From an uncultured Gemmatimonadaceae bacterium (GTDB lineage Bacteria > Gemmatimonadota > Gemmatimonadetes > Gemmatimonadales > Gemmatimonadaceae), in the NCBI GenBank assembly GCA_963843845.1, contig CAWJMB010000002.1, forward strand, positions 3,008,001 to 3,072,000: DNA of 64,000 bases. The letters are read 5' to 3'. The notes under the pieces are model-generated. The model made no database searches. It was not told the origin of the DNA and worked only from the letters and a program-made list of their open reading frames with translations. A program made the translations under genes and the position numbers. This document shows positions 9,508 to 21,024 of this stretch, one piece after another (the first letter of the stretch is position 1; every line of letters begins with the position of its first letter).

Positions 9508-11955
9508 ATGACCCAATCCGACACCTCTGACGCCGCCAGCCGAACGTCGTTCGGTGGCTTCGATCTCGGCCTCGACGACGACACGACGGCGCCGGCGGCC
9601 GCGCCGATCCGCATCAGGACCCTCGGCGTCATCGGCGCCGGCACGATGGGGAGCGGCATCGCCGCCCTCGCCGCGTCGGCCGGCATCCCCGTCGTGCTGC
9701 TCGACATCGCCCCCCCGCAGGCGGGCTCGGGCAGGCTGCGGAGCGGCGCGACGCGATCGCGAAGCGGCGCCGTCGCAGAAGGCCCTCAAGGCGAAGCCGG
9801 CGCCGTTCATGGACGCCCGTCGCGCCGCGCTCATCACGCACGGGCAACATCGACGACGACCTCGCGCTGCTCGCCGACGTGCGACCTCGTGATCGAGGCG
9901 ATCATCGAGCAGCCGGCGCCGAAGCAGGCGCTCTACGCGCAGCTCGAAGGGGTCGCTCAAGCCGAGCGCGATCGTCGCGTCGAACACGTCGGGCATCCCG
10001 ATGGCGGTGCTGACCGAGGGACGCGGCGACGAGTTCCGCCGCCGCTTCCTCGGCACGCACTTCTTCGCCCCGCCGCGCTACATGCACCTGCTCGAGATCA
10101 TCCCGGCGCCGGAGACGGACCCCGCCGTGATCGACGCGGTGCGCGCGTTCGGCGAGCGGGTGCTCGGCAAGGGCATCGTCATGTGCAAGGACGCGCCGGG
10201 CTTCATCGCGAACCGGCTCGGCGTGTACGGCATGGTGCACACGATCGCAGCTCATGGAGCGCTTCGGCCTCACGATCGACGAGGTCGACGCGCTCACCGG
10301 CCCGCTCCTCGGGCGCCCGAAGTCGGCGACGTTCCGCACCGCGCGACCTCTCCGGCGTCGACGTCATCGGGCACGTCAGCGCGGGGCTCGCCCAGACGAC
10401 CGGCGAGGACTTCTCGCTCCCCGCCTGGGTGCACCAGATGATCGCCGAGAAGCAGCCTCGGCGACAAGACCGGCGGCGGGTTCTACAAGCAAGGTCGGCA
10501 AGGACATCCTGACGTTCGATCCGGCGAACGAACGACTACGGCCCGCAGCAGAAGCTCGAGACCCCCGAGCTGAAGGCGGCGCACAAGCAGCCGCTCGCGC
10601 GGCAAGCTCGCGGCGGTGAAGACGCTGACCGGCCCGCACGGCGACTTCCTCCGCACCCTCCTCGTCGACCTGTCGCGCTACGTGCTCGACGACGTCGCCC
10701 CAGCTCGCCTTCGACGTGCCGAGCGTCGACCGCGCGATGGAGTGGGGCTACGGCTGGGAGGCCGGGCCGTTCCGCGTCATGGACCTGCTCGGCCTCGACT
10801 GGCTGCGGAGCGAGCTGACGAAGCACGGCGGCGCCGTGCCGGCGCTGCTCACCCAGGCGCAGGGCTCGTTCTACCGCCGCGCCGCGGACGGCAGCGAGGA
10901 GGCGCTCGGCTTCGACGGCCGCTACGCGCCGGTGCCCGACATCGCCGGGAACCTGCGTCTCGCGGCCGTCGCCGCACGGCCGACTGCGATCCTCGAGCAG
11001 AACGAAGGGCGCGCGGCTGCTCGACCTGGGCGACGGCGTCGCGCTGCTCGAGTTCCGCGGGAAGGCGAACGCGCTGTCGTCGAAAGTGCTCGACCTGCTC
11101 GAGCGCTCGATCGAACGCGTCGACCGCGACGGGATGCAGGGGCTCGTCATCGGCAACGACGACCCGCGTACGTTCAGCGCCGGCGCCGACCTCGCCGAGT
11201 CGAGCGGCGCCGTGATCGCCGGGATGTGGGACGTGATCGATCAGGCGATCGCCCGCTTCCAGAACGCGACGCAGAGCGTGCGCCGCGCGCCCTTCCCCGT
11301 CGTCGTGGCGCCGGCCGGACTCGCGTTGGGCGGCGGCTGCGAGTTCGCGCTGCACAGCGACCTGGTACAGGCGCACGCCGAGCTGTACATGGGGCTCGTC
11401 GAGGCGGGCGTCGGGCTGCTCCCCGGCGGCGGCGGGTGCAAGGAGCTGCTGTTCCGATTCATGGGCGACCTCGCCCCGTACGAGGAGGCCGACCCGTTCG
11501 AGGCGGTCAAGCGCGCGTTCAAGCTCATCGCCACCGCGCAGACGTCGACGAGCGCCGCGGAGGCCCGCACGCTCGGCTTTCTGCGCGCGAGCGACCGCAT
11601 CTCGATGAACCGCGACCACCTCATCGCCGACGCCAAGCAGCGCGTGCTCGACCTCGCGCCCGGCTACGTCCCGCCCACGCCGCGCCGGGTGCGCGCGCTC
11701 GGCCGCGAGGGGATCGGCAACCTGCGCTACGCGCTGTTCTCGTTCCGCGAAGGCGGCTACGCCTCGGCGTACGACGAAGTCATCGGCGGCAAGATCGCCC
11801 ACGTGCTCTGCGGCGGCGACGGCCCACCGCGCGACGTGAGCGAGCAGGACATGCTCGACCTCGAGCGCGAGGCCTTCCTGTCGCTGCTGGGCAACGAGAA
11901 GACGCAGGAGCGGATCGTGTACACGCTCCGCACGGGCAAGCCCCTGCGCAACTGA
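9508..11955 (+). CDS. fadN: 3-hydroxyacyl-CoA dehydrogenase / enoyl-CoA hydratase (FadN-type), several frameshifts
   Basis: Motifs spread over successive frames: [115 protein letters not shown]. Confidence 0.88.
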
Positions 11956-11971
11956 TCAGGAGACCATCACG

Positions 11972-13145
<1,174 letters not shown>

Positions 13146-13188
13146 GTGGAGCACGTCCGACGCCGACCGCGACCGGACCGCTGGAACG

Positions 13189-13226
13189 CGACACGGCCCC
13201 CGCGCAGCTGCGCGGGGGCCGTGTCG
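13189..13226. terminator. Perfect 38-bp palindrome, probable terminator hairpin
   Basis: CGACACGGCCCCCGCGCAG|CTGCGCGGGGGCCGTGTCG, 43 bp after the thiolase stop, between convergent genes. No U-tract. Confidence 0.7.
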
Positions 13227-13240
13227 TTCGTGTGGCCGGA

Positions 13241-13440
13241 GGGAAGGTTGTTTTGAAGCCCCGAGTGTGAATCGGTGGATGTCCGCGCTTCCGATTTCCG
13301 CCTTCCCCGCACTGGGGCATGACGTCGGCGAAATGAACGGCATCCGGCTTCAAAAAGTGTCGGGTCAAAACAGGAGTCTTCCCGACCGACCGTCGTTCTA
13401 CTGGAGTGAAAGCTAGCGAAGAAACACCGTCGGTCAACGC
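13241..13440. other. Low-GC structured intergenic element (ncRNA or IS-end remnant)
   Basis: About 58% GC by hand count over 13261-13440. Nested inverted repeats TTTTGAAGCC/GGCTTCAAAA, GCCCCGAGTGTG/CGCACTGGGGC and AATCGG/CCGATT. Confidence 0.45.
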
Positions 13441-13459
13441 GCCGCGGTGCGGCCGCGTG

Positions 13460-16054
13460 CTACGGTCGAACGACGATCGGCACGGCGGCGCCGGCACCGA
13501 TGACGTCGGCGCGGATCAGCACGAAGGCTGCGAGCGGGTTCACCGCGAGCGACGGCGTCGGCGCCTTGCCGCGGATGCGATAGAAGTAGCCTTCGGTGAA
13601 CTCGGTCGCGCGCGTGACGTCCACGTACGGAGAGCTCGCCGGCCCGACGTCCACCGTCACGCCCGACCGCACGGGGGTGCCGGCGACGTCGCGGACGATG
13701 ACCTGGAACAGCAGGTCCTGCCCGACGCGAACCTCGCGCGCGTTCCCGGCCGTCGAGATCTCGAGCGAGCCGAGGTGCCCCGCGGTCGGCGGGTAGACGA
13801 GCAGCGTCGACGTGTCCGACGCGACCTCGACGCCGCCGAGCAGATAGCGTGCGCGGATCACCGTCGTTCCACCACTCACGCCGGTCGCCTGCCCCGTCGT
13901 CGAATCGATCGTCGCGACGCTCGGCCGCGACGACGTGTAGCGGATGGCCGAGGCGAACTCCGTCGTCGGATTGACCACCGTGCCGGCCGAGTCGAACAGA
14001 CTCACGCGATAAGTGACCGATGCCGGCGCCGTGATCTCGGCGGCGCGCGGCTCGAGGAGCGCGAAGCGCACGCGGCTCGTCACCGGGACGCGCACGCGCG
14101 CGGAGTCGCGCACGGTGCCCGCGCCGCCGATGTAGGTGGCGACGATGTACGTCGTTCCGGGCGACCCTGCGCGCACGGCCGTCGACAGCCCGCTCGGCGT
14201 GATCGCGGCGACGGCCGGGTTGCGCGACACCCACTCGACGGTGGTCGGCGTGGCGACGTTCGCGACCGTCGCCGTGATCGTCCCCACCTGCCCGACCTCG
14301 AGCAACAGGTCGGCGGGCGTCACGGTGATGGTCGGCGTCACGAGGGCGCCGGTGACTTCGAGCGAGGCCCGTCCGGTGACGCCCTGCGCCGACGCGATCA
14401 CGTCGGTCCGTCCGGTGCGAAGCCCGCTGGCCACCGCGGTGCGATCCGTCGTCGGCGCGACCGTCGCGACGCTGCTGTCGGCGGTGGTCCACGTAGGGCG
14501 GATCGCCGGGTCGACGACGGGGCGGCCGGCACCGTCGAGGAGCTGTGCCGTGAACGTCACGCCGGCCGTGCCGATGCGGTGCGTGGCGGTGGCGGGAGTG
14601 ACGACGATGCGGTCGACGGTGCGCACCGTGATCGTCGCGCGCGCCTCGAGGACTCCCGTTCTGAAGCTGCGGGTCGCGACCAGCTCGGCCGTCGCCGTGG
14701 CCGGTCCCGGTGGGACGGCGCTGACCACGACGTTCGTCACCATCGCCGGCTTCCCCGCGGTGCTCAGCTGCAACGCGATCGCCGACGAGGCACCCGGCGG
14801 CCGCGCGATGACGATCGGGCTCGGGAACGCCGCGGCCGGGATCACGTTCCGCGACGCGTCGCGGGCGATCACCGTGAAGTCCGCCGCCCCGCCGAGCGCG
14901 ATCGTCGCGGACGGCGGCGAGATCTCGAGCGAGGCCACCGCCGGATAGGCGGTGAGCTCCACCGAGTCGGGCGCGGCCGTGCCGGCAGTGGCCACGATCC
15001 ACCCGCGGACGACACCGCCACGCCGCACGATCTCGCCGGAGTTCGGCTCCACGATGGTCGCGCACCCCGTGGGATCGTTCGTCGCGGGGCACCCCGTGAC
15101 GGCCGGGCGGATCGGGAGGGCGATCGAGTCGCGCGACGTGAAGCGCAGCGAGGACGGGTCCACGGGCCGGCCAGCGGCGTCGAGCAGCGAGGCGAAGATC
15201 ACGCCGTTCACGTCGTTCGCGACGATGGTCTGCGGCGTGCTCCGGTCGATCTGGACACGCGCCGCGTTCGCCGTGACGTTCACGGTGACGGTGCGCTCGA
15301 GGCGCACGCCGGCGCGTCCCGTGTAGACGACGCGCAGCGGCGTCGTGCCGACGGCGAGCGCGCGGAGCCCGATGCGGTCGAGCGGCCCGTTCGTGATCGG
15401 GTTCCGCACGGCGGGCGTCCCCCCGTCCGTCGGCCGGGTGGAGATCTGCGCGACGGCGGCGTTGGTGACGGTCCACTCCACCGACCCCGTGGTGAAGACG
15501 CCGGGCGACGAGCCGCGCGGCGAGGCGGCGAGCGAGAGCGTGTCGCCGACGCGGAGGTTGTAGACCGACTGGACATCGAGCGTCGTCGGGCGGTTCGCGA
15601 GCGCCACGATCGTCGCCGTGTACCGCTGTGTCGTGCCGCCGGCGAAGTTGACGTCGAGCGGCGTCATGGTGACGACGGCGTCGCCGTCGCGGACGACCTC
15701 GACCCGCATCAGTGGACGCGTCGCCGAGTCGACGAGCGTCGTTCCTCCCGAGTAGCGCTGCACCGGCGGGTCGAGCAGGCGCGCCACCGTGGCGCGGCTC
15801 GTCTCCCACCGCACGTCGAAGTCGGTGAGCCCCACGCCGTTGCTGCCGGTGACGAACGGGGCGCGATAGACGAGCGTGTCGAGGGTGTACGTCGTGTCGA
15901 CGCGCGTCGCGGGGTCGATCCGCGCGACGATGGAGCGCTCGGTGACCGATTCGGGCCCGGCGCAGTCGGAGGCCATGGTGGTCGCGCCGAGGGCGAACAC
16001 CCCGACGAGTTGGGCGAGCCGGCGGGCGAGTGGGACGTACTGCCGATGTATCAT
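13460..16054 (-). CDS. Large multi-Ig-domain (Big_2-like) surface protein, probable lipoprotein (864 aa)
   Basis: Signal ending MASDC; repeated Big_2 signatures WETSRATVA, WTVTNAAVA, WTTADSSVATV, WVSRNPAVAAI, YTSSRPSVATID..GQATGV..G.TVI.A. Confidence 0.85.
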   Translation of the reverse strand: MIHRQYVPLARRLAQLVGVFALGATTMASDCAGPESVTERSIVARIDPATRVDTTYTLDTLVYRAPFVTGSNGVGLTDFDVRWETSRATVARLLDPPVQRYSGGTTLVDSATRPLMRVEVVRDGDAVVTMTPLDVNFAGGTTQRYTATIVALANRPTTLDVQSVYNLRVGDTLSLAASPRGSSPGVFTTGSVEWTVTNAAVAQISTRPTDGGTPAVRNPITNGPLDRIGLRALAVGTTPLRVVYTGRAGVRLERTVTVNVTANAARVQIDRSTPQTIVANDVNGVIFASLLDAAGRPVDPSSLRFTSRDSIALPIRPAVTGCPATNDPTGCATIVEPNSGEIVRRGGVVRGWIVATAGTAAPDSVELTAYPAVASLEISPPSATIALGGAADFTVIARDASRNVIPAAAFPSPIVIARPPGASSAIALQLSTAGKPAMVTNVVVSAVPPGPATATAELVATRSFRTGVLEARATITVRTVDRIVVTPATATHRIGTAGVTFTAQLLDGAGRPVVDPAIRPTWTTADSSVATVAPTTDRTAVASGLRTGRTDVIASAQGVTGRASLEVTGALVTPTITVTPADLLLEVGQVGTITATVANVATPTTVEWVSRNPAVAAITPSGLSTAVRAGSPGTTYIVATYIGGAGTVRDSARVRVPVTSRVRFALLEPRAAEITAPASVTYRVSLFDSAGTVVNPTTEFASAIRYTSSRPSVATIDSTTGQATGVSGGTTVIRARYLLGGVEVASDTSTLLVYPPTAGHLGSLEISTAGNAREVRVGQDLLFQVIVRDVAGTPVRSGVTVDVGPASSPYVDVTRATEFTEGYFYRIRGKAPTPSLAVNPLAAFVLIRADVIGAGAAVPIVVRP

Positions 16055-17370
16055 GCGCGAGCCTCGATGGTGGTGAGAGCGGAGCGGGCGGGGTGGGGCG
16101 CACGAGCCTCGCGCCCGAACGCGGCGGCGAGTCCGAGCGTCAGCGGAACGGCGAGCGCGAGCACGCGCCCGTTGTCCTGCTCGAATCCGGGGACGAGCTT
16201 GAGCGCGAGCGCGGCGACGGCGAGCGCGGCGAGCGCGCGCCACCCGAGGTGCAGCCATCGCCCGGCGCGCGAGGAGCCCGCGGCGAATGCGATCGCCGCG
16301 GGGAGCAGCAGGAGCGCGAGCGGGTTGGCGAGGAGCAGGTTCTCGTTGCCGCGCACGAACGCGTATTCGGTGAGCGTCCAGCCGGCCGCGATCAGCAGAC
16401 CGGGGACGCCGAGCACGACTGCGGTGATCGCCCCGAGCGCGCCGAGGACGATCCGTCCGCCGCGCGCGGATCGCGCGGATCGCGCGGCGCCGAGCGCGAG
16501 CGCCGCGACGAGGGCGCCGATCGCGGCGATCGCGCCGCGCGGAGGCGGCGTGCCGACGGGCTCGTCGATGCCGCCGCGCGCGGGCGCCACCGCCTCGACC
16601 GCGAGCGGCACGGCGACGCCGGCCGAGTCGGTCGTCGTCGCGCGGACGAGCGCCTGGAGCCCGGCCGGCTGCGCCGCGAGCGTCCAGGTCGTCGCGCGGC
16701 CGTCCACGTCGCCGTTCATGACGACGTCGCCGAGGAGCGCGACCGGCGCGTTGCGCGGGTAGACGCGCGCCAGCCCGTGCGCGCGGAGCGTCTCCGTGGC
16801 CGGCGAGCCGCCGCTCCGGCGCAGACGCCCGCCGAGCGCGGCATCGAGGTGGTCGCGCAGGCGCGTCGCGCAGTTGTCCCGGTCGTATCGGTAGACGTAG
16901 CGCCCGCGCGCCGTGGCGACGTCGGTCTCGACGAGCCGGAGCAGCGTCCGCACCTCCTCGTCGTGGAGCTGCAGCCCGAGCACGGAGACCGAGCGCCCGT
17001 CGCGGGCGAACGCGGCGAGCGCGCGATCGCCGTCACGCAGCCGTACGACCGCGCGCAGCCGCCCCGAGAGGGCGCGGGCGAGGACCCCGGGTCCACCCTC
17101 GATCGCGCCGTAGTCCACCAGCGTCGTCACGCCACGCTGCGGGCCCCGCACGAGCAGCGCGGAATGGCCGAGCCACGTCAGCGGCGCCGCTCCGCTCCCC
17201 ACGGTCACCAGCGAGACCGTGACTCGCTCGAACGACGACTCGGCCGCGTGTCGCTGCGCCCGCGCCGCGGCGGGCCACGCGGCGACGGCGAGCGCCGCGA
17301 ACGCGACGACCGGTCGCCACGACCGAACGAGGATCGACGAGCGCGGCGCAGCGGGAGGTCCGATGTGCAT
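16051..17370 (-). CDS. DUF4105 / Lnb-like lipoprotein N-acyltransferase family membrane protein
   Basis: VSLVTVGSG..WLGHSALLV...DYG...YVYRYDRDNCATRLRD (His/Cys dyad), GNENLLLANPL, and several C-terminal TM helices. Confidence 0.8.
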   Translation of the reverse strand: MHIGPPAAPRSSILVRSWRPVVAFAALAVAAWPAAARAQRHAAESSFERVTVSLVTVGSGAAPLTWLGHSALLVRGPQRGVTTLVDYGAIEGGPGVLARALSGRLRAVVRLRDGDRALAAFARDGRSVSVLGLQLHDEEVRTLLRLVETDVATARGRYVYRYDRDNCATRLRDHLDAALGGRLRRSGGSPATETLRAHGLARVYPRNAPVALLGDVVMNGDVDGRATTWTLAAQPAGLQALVRATTTDSAGVAVPLAVEAVAPARGGIDEPVGTPPPRGAIAAIGALVAALALGAARSARSARGGRIVLGALGAITAVVLGVPGLLIAAGWTLTEYAFVRGNENLLLANPLALLLLPAAIAFAAGSSRAGRWLHLGWRALAALAVAALALKLVPGFEQDNGRVLALAVPLTLGLAAAFGREARAPHPARSALTTIEARA

Positions 17371-17510
17371 CGATGGTTTCCGGTTGGGACCGCCCCCGGA
17401 CGGCGAGCGCGGTCGACGCCTGTGGCGCGCGGGCCACTTGACCGCACCGCGGGCACATGCCACCGTGCCTTTCGAGGTCGTCGCCCGCCGTCAGCAGTCC
17501 TTCGGCTGAT

Positions 17511-17539
17511 AACGCACCGAATCCCGCCGTTCGGGCTCA
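17511..17539 (-). promoter_or_regulatory. Candidate ECF-type promoter facing the lnb-Ig operon
   Basis: Minus strand reads TGAGCC-N18-GCGTT in the divergent gap. The CGTT -10 is ECF-like; assigning it to the adjacent sigma factor is inference. Confidence 0.3.
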
Positions 17540-17579
17540 TGGCCCGGATCCAGGCGGCGAAGCACCCCGATTTCCGCTG

Positions 17580-18137
17580 ATGTCGATGCCGCCGATCGAG
17601 CGCCCCGAGTCCGCACGCGCGCCCGACGCGGCGCAGTTGAACGCGCTCTTCCCGCTCGTCTACGAGGAGCTGCGCCGCCTCGCGCTCGCGTACCTCCGCG
17701 CCGAGCGCGAGGAGCACACGCTGCAGCCGACGGCGCTCGTGCACGAGGCGTATTTCCGCCTCTCCGGTCAGCGCGACGTCGACTGGGGGAACCGCGCCCA
17801 GTTCGTCGGCGTCGCCGCGTCGATGATGCGGCGCATCCTCGTGAACCACGCCCGCGACCGGCGCGCCCAGAAGCGGGGCAGCGGCGCGACGCGCGTCGCG
17901 CTCGACGACGCCGTCGGTCTCGTCGAGGAACGCGACGTCGATCTCGTCGCGCTCGACGACGCGCTCGTCGCCCTCGCCGAGGTCGACCCGCGCGGCAGCC
18001 GCGTCGTCGAGCTGCGCTTCTTCGGCGGACTGAGCGTCGACGAGACCGCCGAGGTGCTCGGCGTCTCGTCGGCGACGGTGAAGCGCGACTGGGGTGCCGC
18101 CCGCGCGTGGCTGCGGCGGGAGCTCGCCGCGGCGTGA
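17580..18137 (+). CDS. ECF sigma factor (TIGR02999-type, kinase-associated)
   Basis: LFPLVYEELRRLA..YLRAER..HTLQPTALVHEAY.RL...MRRILVNHAR..AQKRG...VVELRFFGGLS..ETAEVLGVS.ATVKRDW. Confidence 0.93.
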   Translation: MSMPPIERPESARAPDAAQLNALFPLVYEELRRLALAYLRAEREEHTLQPTALVHEAYFRLSGQRDVDWGNRAQFVGVAASMMRRILVNHARDRRAQKRGSGATRVALDDAVGLVEERDVDLVALDDALVALAEVDPRGSRVVELRFFGGLSVDETAEVLGVSSATVKRDWGAARAWLRRELAAA

Positions 18138-21015
18138 CGGGGTCGCCGGTCGAACGCTGGGAACGCACGAAGGCGCTGTTCGGCGACTGTCTCGACGCGG
18201 CACCCGACGCGCGTGCCGCGCTGCTCGTCGAGCGCTGCGGCGACGACGACGCCCTGCGCGCCGAGGTCGAGTCGCTGCTCGCCGCGCACGTGCCCGAGGC
18301 GTCGTTCCTCGAACGGTCGGCGTTCGCGGCGGCCGCGACGGCGCTCGCCGAGGACGGTCGCGCGCGGATCGGCGAGCGCGTCGGCGCGTAGCGGCTCGTG
18401 CGCGAGATCGGCCGCGGCGGCATGGGCACCGTCTACCTGGCCGAGCGCGACGACGCGGCGTTCCGGCAGCAGCGTCGCGGTCAAGCTCATCAAACGCGGG
18501 ATGGACACCGACGCCATCGTCCGCCGCTTCCGCCACGAGCGACAGATCCTCGCACGCCTCGAGCACCCGAACATCGCCCGCCTGCTCGACGGCGGCACGA
18601 CGGCGGACGGGCTGCCGTACTTCGTCATGGAGTACATCGACGGCCAGCCGATCGACGCGCTACTGCGCGGAGCGCTCGCTCCCGACCGACGCGCGGCTGC
18701 GGCTCTTTCGGCGACGTGTGCGGCGCGGTGCAGTACGCGCATCAGCAGCTCGTCGTCCATCGCGACATCAAGCCGAGCAACATCCTCGTCACGGCGGACG
18801 GCACGCCGAAGCTGCTCGACTTCGGTATCGCGAAGCTGCTCGACCCCGCGACGACGAGCATCGCATCGACCGCGGTCGTCGACGGCGCCGTCCACGCGAT
18901 GACGCCCGAGTACGCGAGTCCGGAGCAGGTACGCGGCGAGTCGGTCAGCACGCAGACCGACGTCTACTCGCTCGGCGTGCTGCTCTACGAGCTGCTCACG
19001 GGTCGGCGGCCGTACCGCTTCACGCAGCCGCAGCCCGGATGTCGTGGCACGCGTCGTCTGGGAGCAGGAGCCTGGCGCGCGCCGAGCACCGGTCGTGCCG
19101 CGCCTGCGCCGCCGACCTCGACACGATCGTCGCGATGGCGATGCGCAAGGAGCCGGCGCGGCGCTACGCGTCGGCCGGGCAGCTCGGCGAGGACGTCGCG
19201 CGCTTCCTCGACGGACGCCCCGTCATCGCGCGCGCCGACACGATCGGCTATCGCGTCACGACCTTCGTGCGCCGCAACCGTGTCGGCGTGGTCGCGGCGG
19301 CGCTCGTGCTGCTCTCGCTCGTCGGCGGGTTGGCCGCGACGGCGTGGCAGGCACGCGTCGCGCGGAGTGAGCGCGCGCGCGCCGAGGAGCGCTTCGCCGA
19401 CGTACGGCGCCTCGCGAACGCGCTCCTGTTCGAGCTACACGATCTCATCGAGCCGTTGCCCGGGGCGACCGCCGCGCGCGAGGCCGTCGTGCGCCGCGCG
19501 CTCGAGTATCTCGACCGACTCGCTGCGGGCGCGACGCGGCGTGACGCGTCGCTGCAGCGCGAGCTCGGCGCGGCGTACGAGCGGATCGGGCGGATCCAGG
19601 GCAACTCGTACTTCTCGAACCTCGGCAACACCGACGGCGCGACCCGGAGCTACGAGAAGTCGCTCGCGATCCGCACGCGGCTCGCTGCCGCGCATCCGAG
19701 CGACGCCGTCGCGCAGGCGGAGCTCGCCGACAGCCATCAGGGCGTCGGCGACATGCAGTACACCCGCAGCGATCTGCGCGCCGCGCTCGCGAGCTACGAG
19801 CGGGCGCTCGCGATCCGCCGGCGGCTCGTCGATGCGAACCCGGCCGACGACTCCCTCCGCCTGGCGCTCGCCATCACCCACACGCGCGTCGGCGACGTGA
19901 CCGGGATGGAGGGGTACGCGAACCTCGGTGACGCACCGGGTGCGCTCCGCCACTACCGCGCGGCGATCGCGGCGCAGGAGCGGCTCGTCGCGCGGCGCCC
20001 GAACGACCCGGCGCGGCTCGCGACGTTGGGGGCGACGCTCGCGAGCAGCGGCAACCTGGCGCGCGTCACCGGCGATCCGCAGGCGGGCATCGCGCTCGGA
20101 CGTCGCGCGATCGGGATGCTCGAGACGGCGGCGAACGCCGAGCCGAACAACGTCCTGCGGCAGTTCGCGCTGCTCTCGGCGATCGTCACGCTGCGCTACT
20201 CGCTCGTCGACGAAGGGCTGCTCACCGAGGCGATCGCCAACAGCCGGCGCGTCGTCCCGGCGCTCGAACGGCTCGCCGCCGCCGACTCGAACGACACGCT
20301 CGCCCGCCGCAGCCTGTCCGTGACGCTCAACGCGCTCGGGCGTGATCTGCTGCGCGCTGGAGACGTCGGCGGCGCGCGCCAGGCGCTCGTCCGCTCGCTC
20401 CGCATCGCCGAGTCGCTGGCTGCGGCCGATCCGGCGAACCCGGACGCGCGCCGCGATCTGGTGTTCACGTTGCAGCTGATGGGGGAGGCGCTGCACGCCG
20501 CGCGCGACGACCGCGGCGCGCTCGCGCAGTATCGCCGCGCGCTCGCACTGCAGGACGTGCCACTCGTCGCCGCGTCCGCGACCCACCGCAGTCGCGACGA
20601 CCTCGCCGTCACGCACGGCGGCATCGGCGTCGCCCTCACCGGACTCGGCGACCCGACCGCCGGGATCGCGTCGCTCACCCGCGCCGTCACGCTGGCCGGC
20701 GACGTGGCCGCGGGAACGCCGGCCAACACGGCGATCCGCACCCGCCATGCGGCGCTGTTGTTCGAGCTCGGCGAGAGCTACGCGCGGCGCGCGCGCGGCG
20801 ACGGCACGACGCGGGCGGCAGACGGTCGCGCGTCGGCAGATGCGTTCGCGCGGAGCCTCGCGATCTGGCGTGCGCTCCGCGACGAACGACGCCTCCCGCG
20901 CATCGACGCCGCGTGGCCAGGCCGCGTCGAACGTGCGCTCGACGAGAGCCGGACGCCGCACACCACGTCGCGCCCGGCGATCCCACCAGGCCGGCCTGCC
21001 GGGCAGGCGCGGTAG
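18134..21015 (+). CDS. Membrane Ser/Thr protein kinase with TPR-like sensor domain (in-frame TAG at 18389 and several frameshifts)
   Basis: GTGA overlap with the sigma stop. [63 protein letters not shown]; a TM after FVRRNR; ~55-aa helical repeats. Confidence 0.85.
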
Positions 21016-21024
21016 GCAGCCCCG

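Noticed and set aside
13330..13385. CTTCAAA and GGAAG...CTTCC resembling tRNA-Sec
   Set aside because: No anticodon stem and no T-arm (GTTCRA) on either strand.
18389..18391. In-frame TAG in the kinase ([17 protein letters not shown]) as possible amber recoding
   Set aside because: The position is normally Tyr (TAC), one base away. TAG ends many other genes here, there is no pyl machinery in the window, and the region is error-rich.
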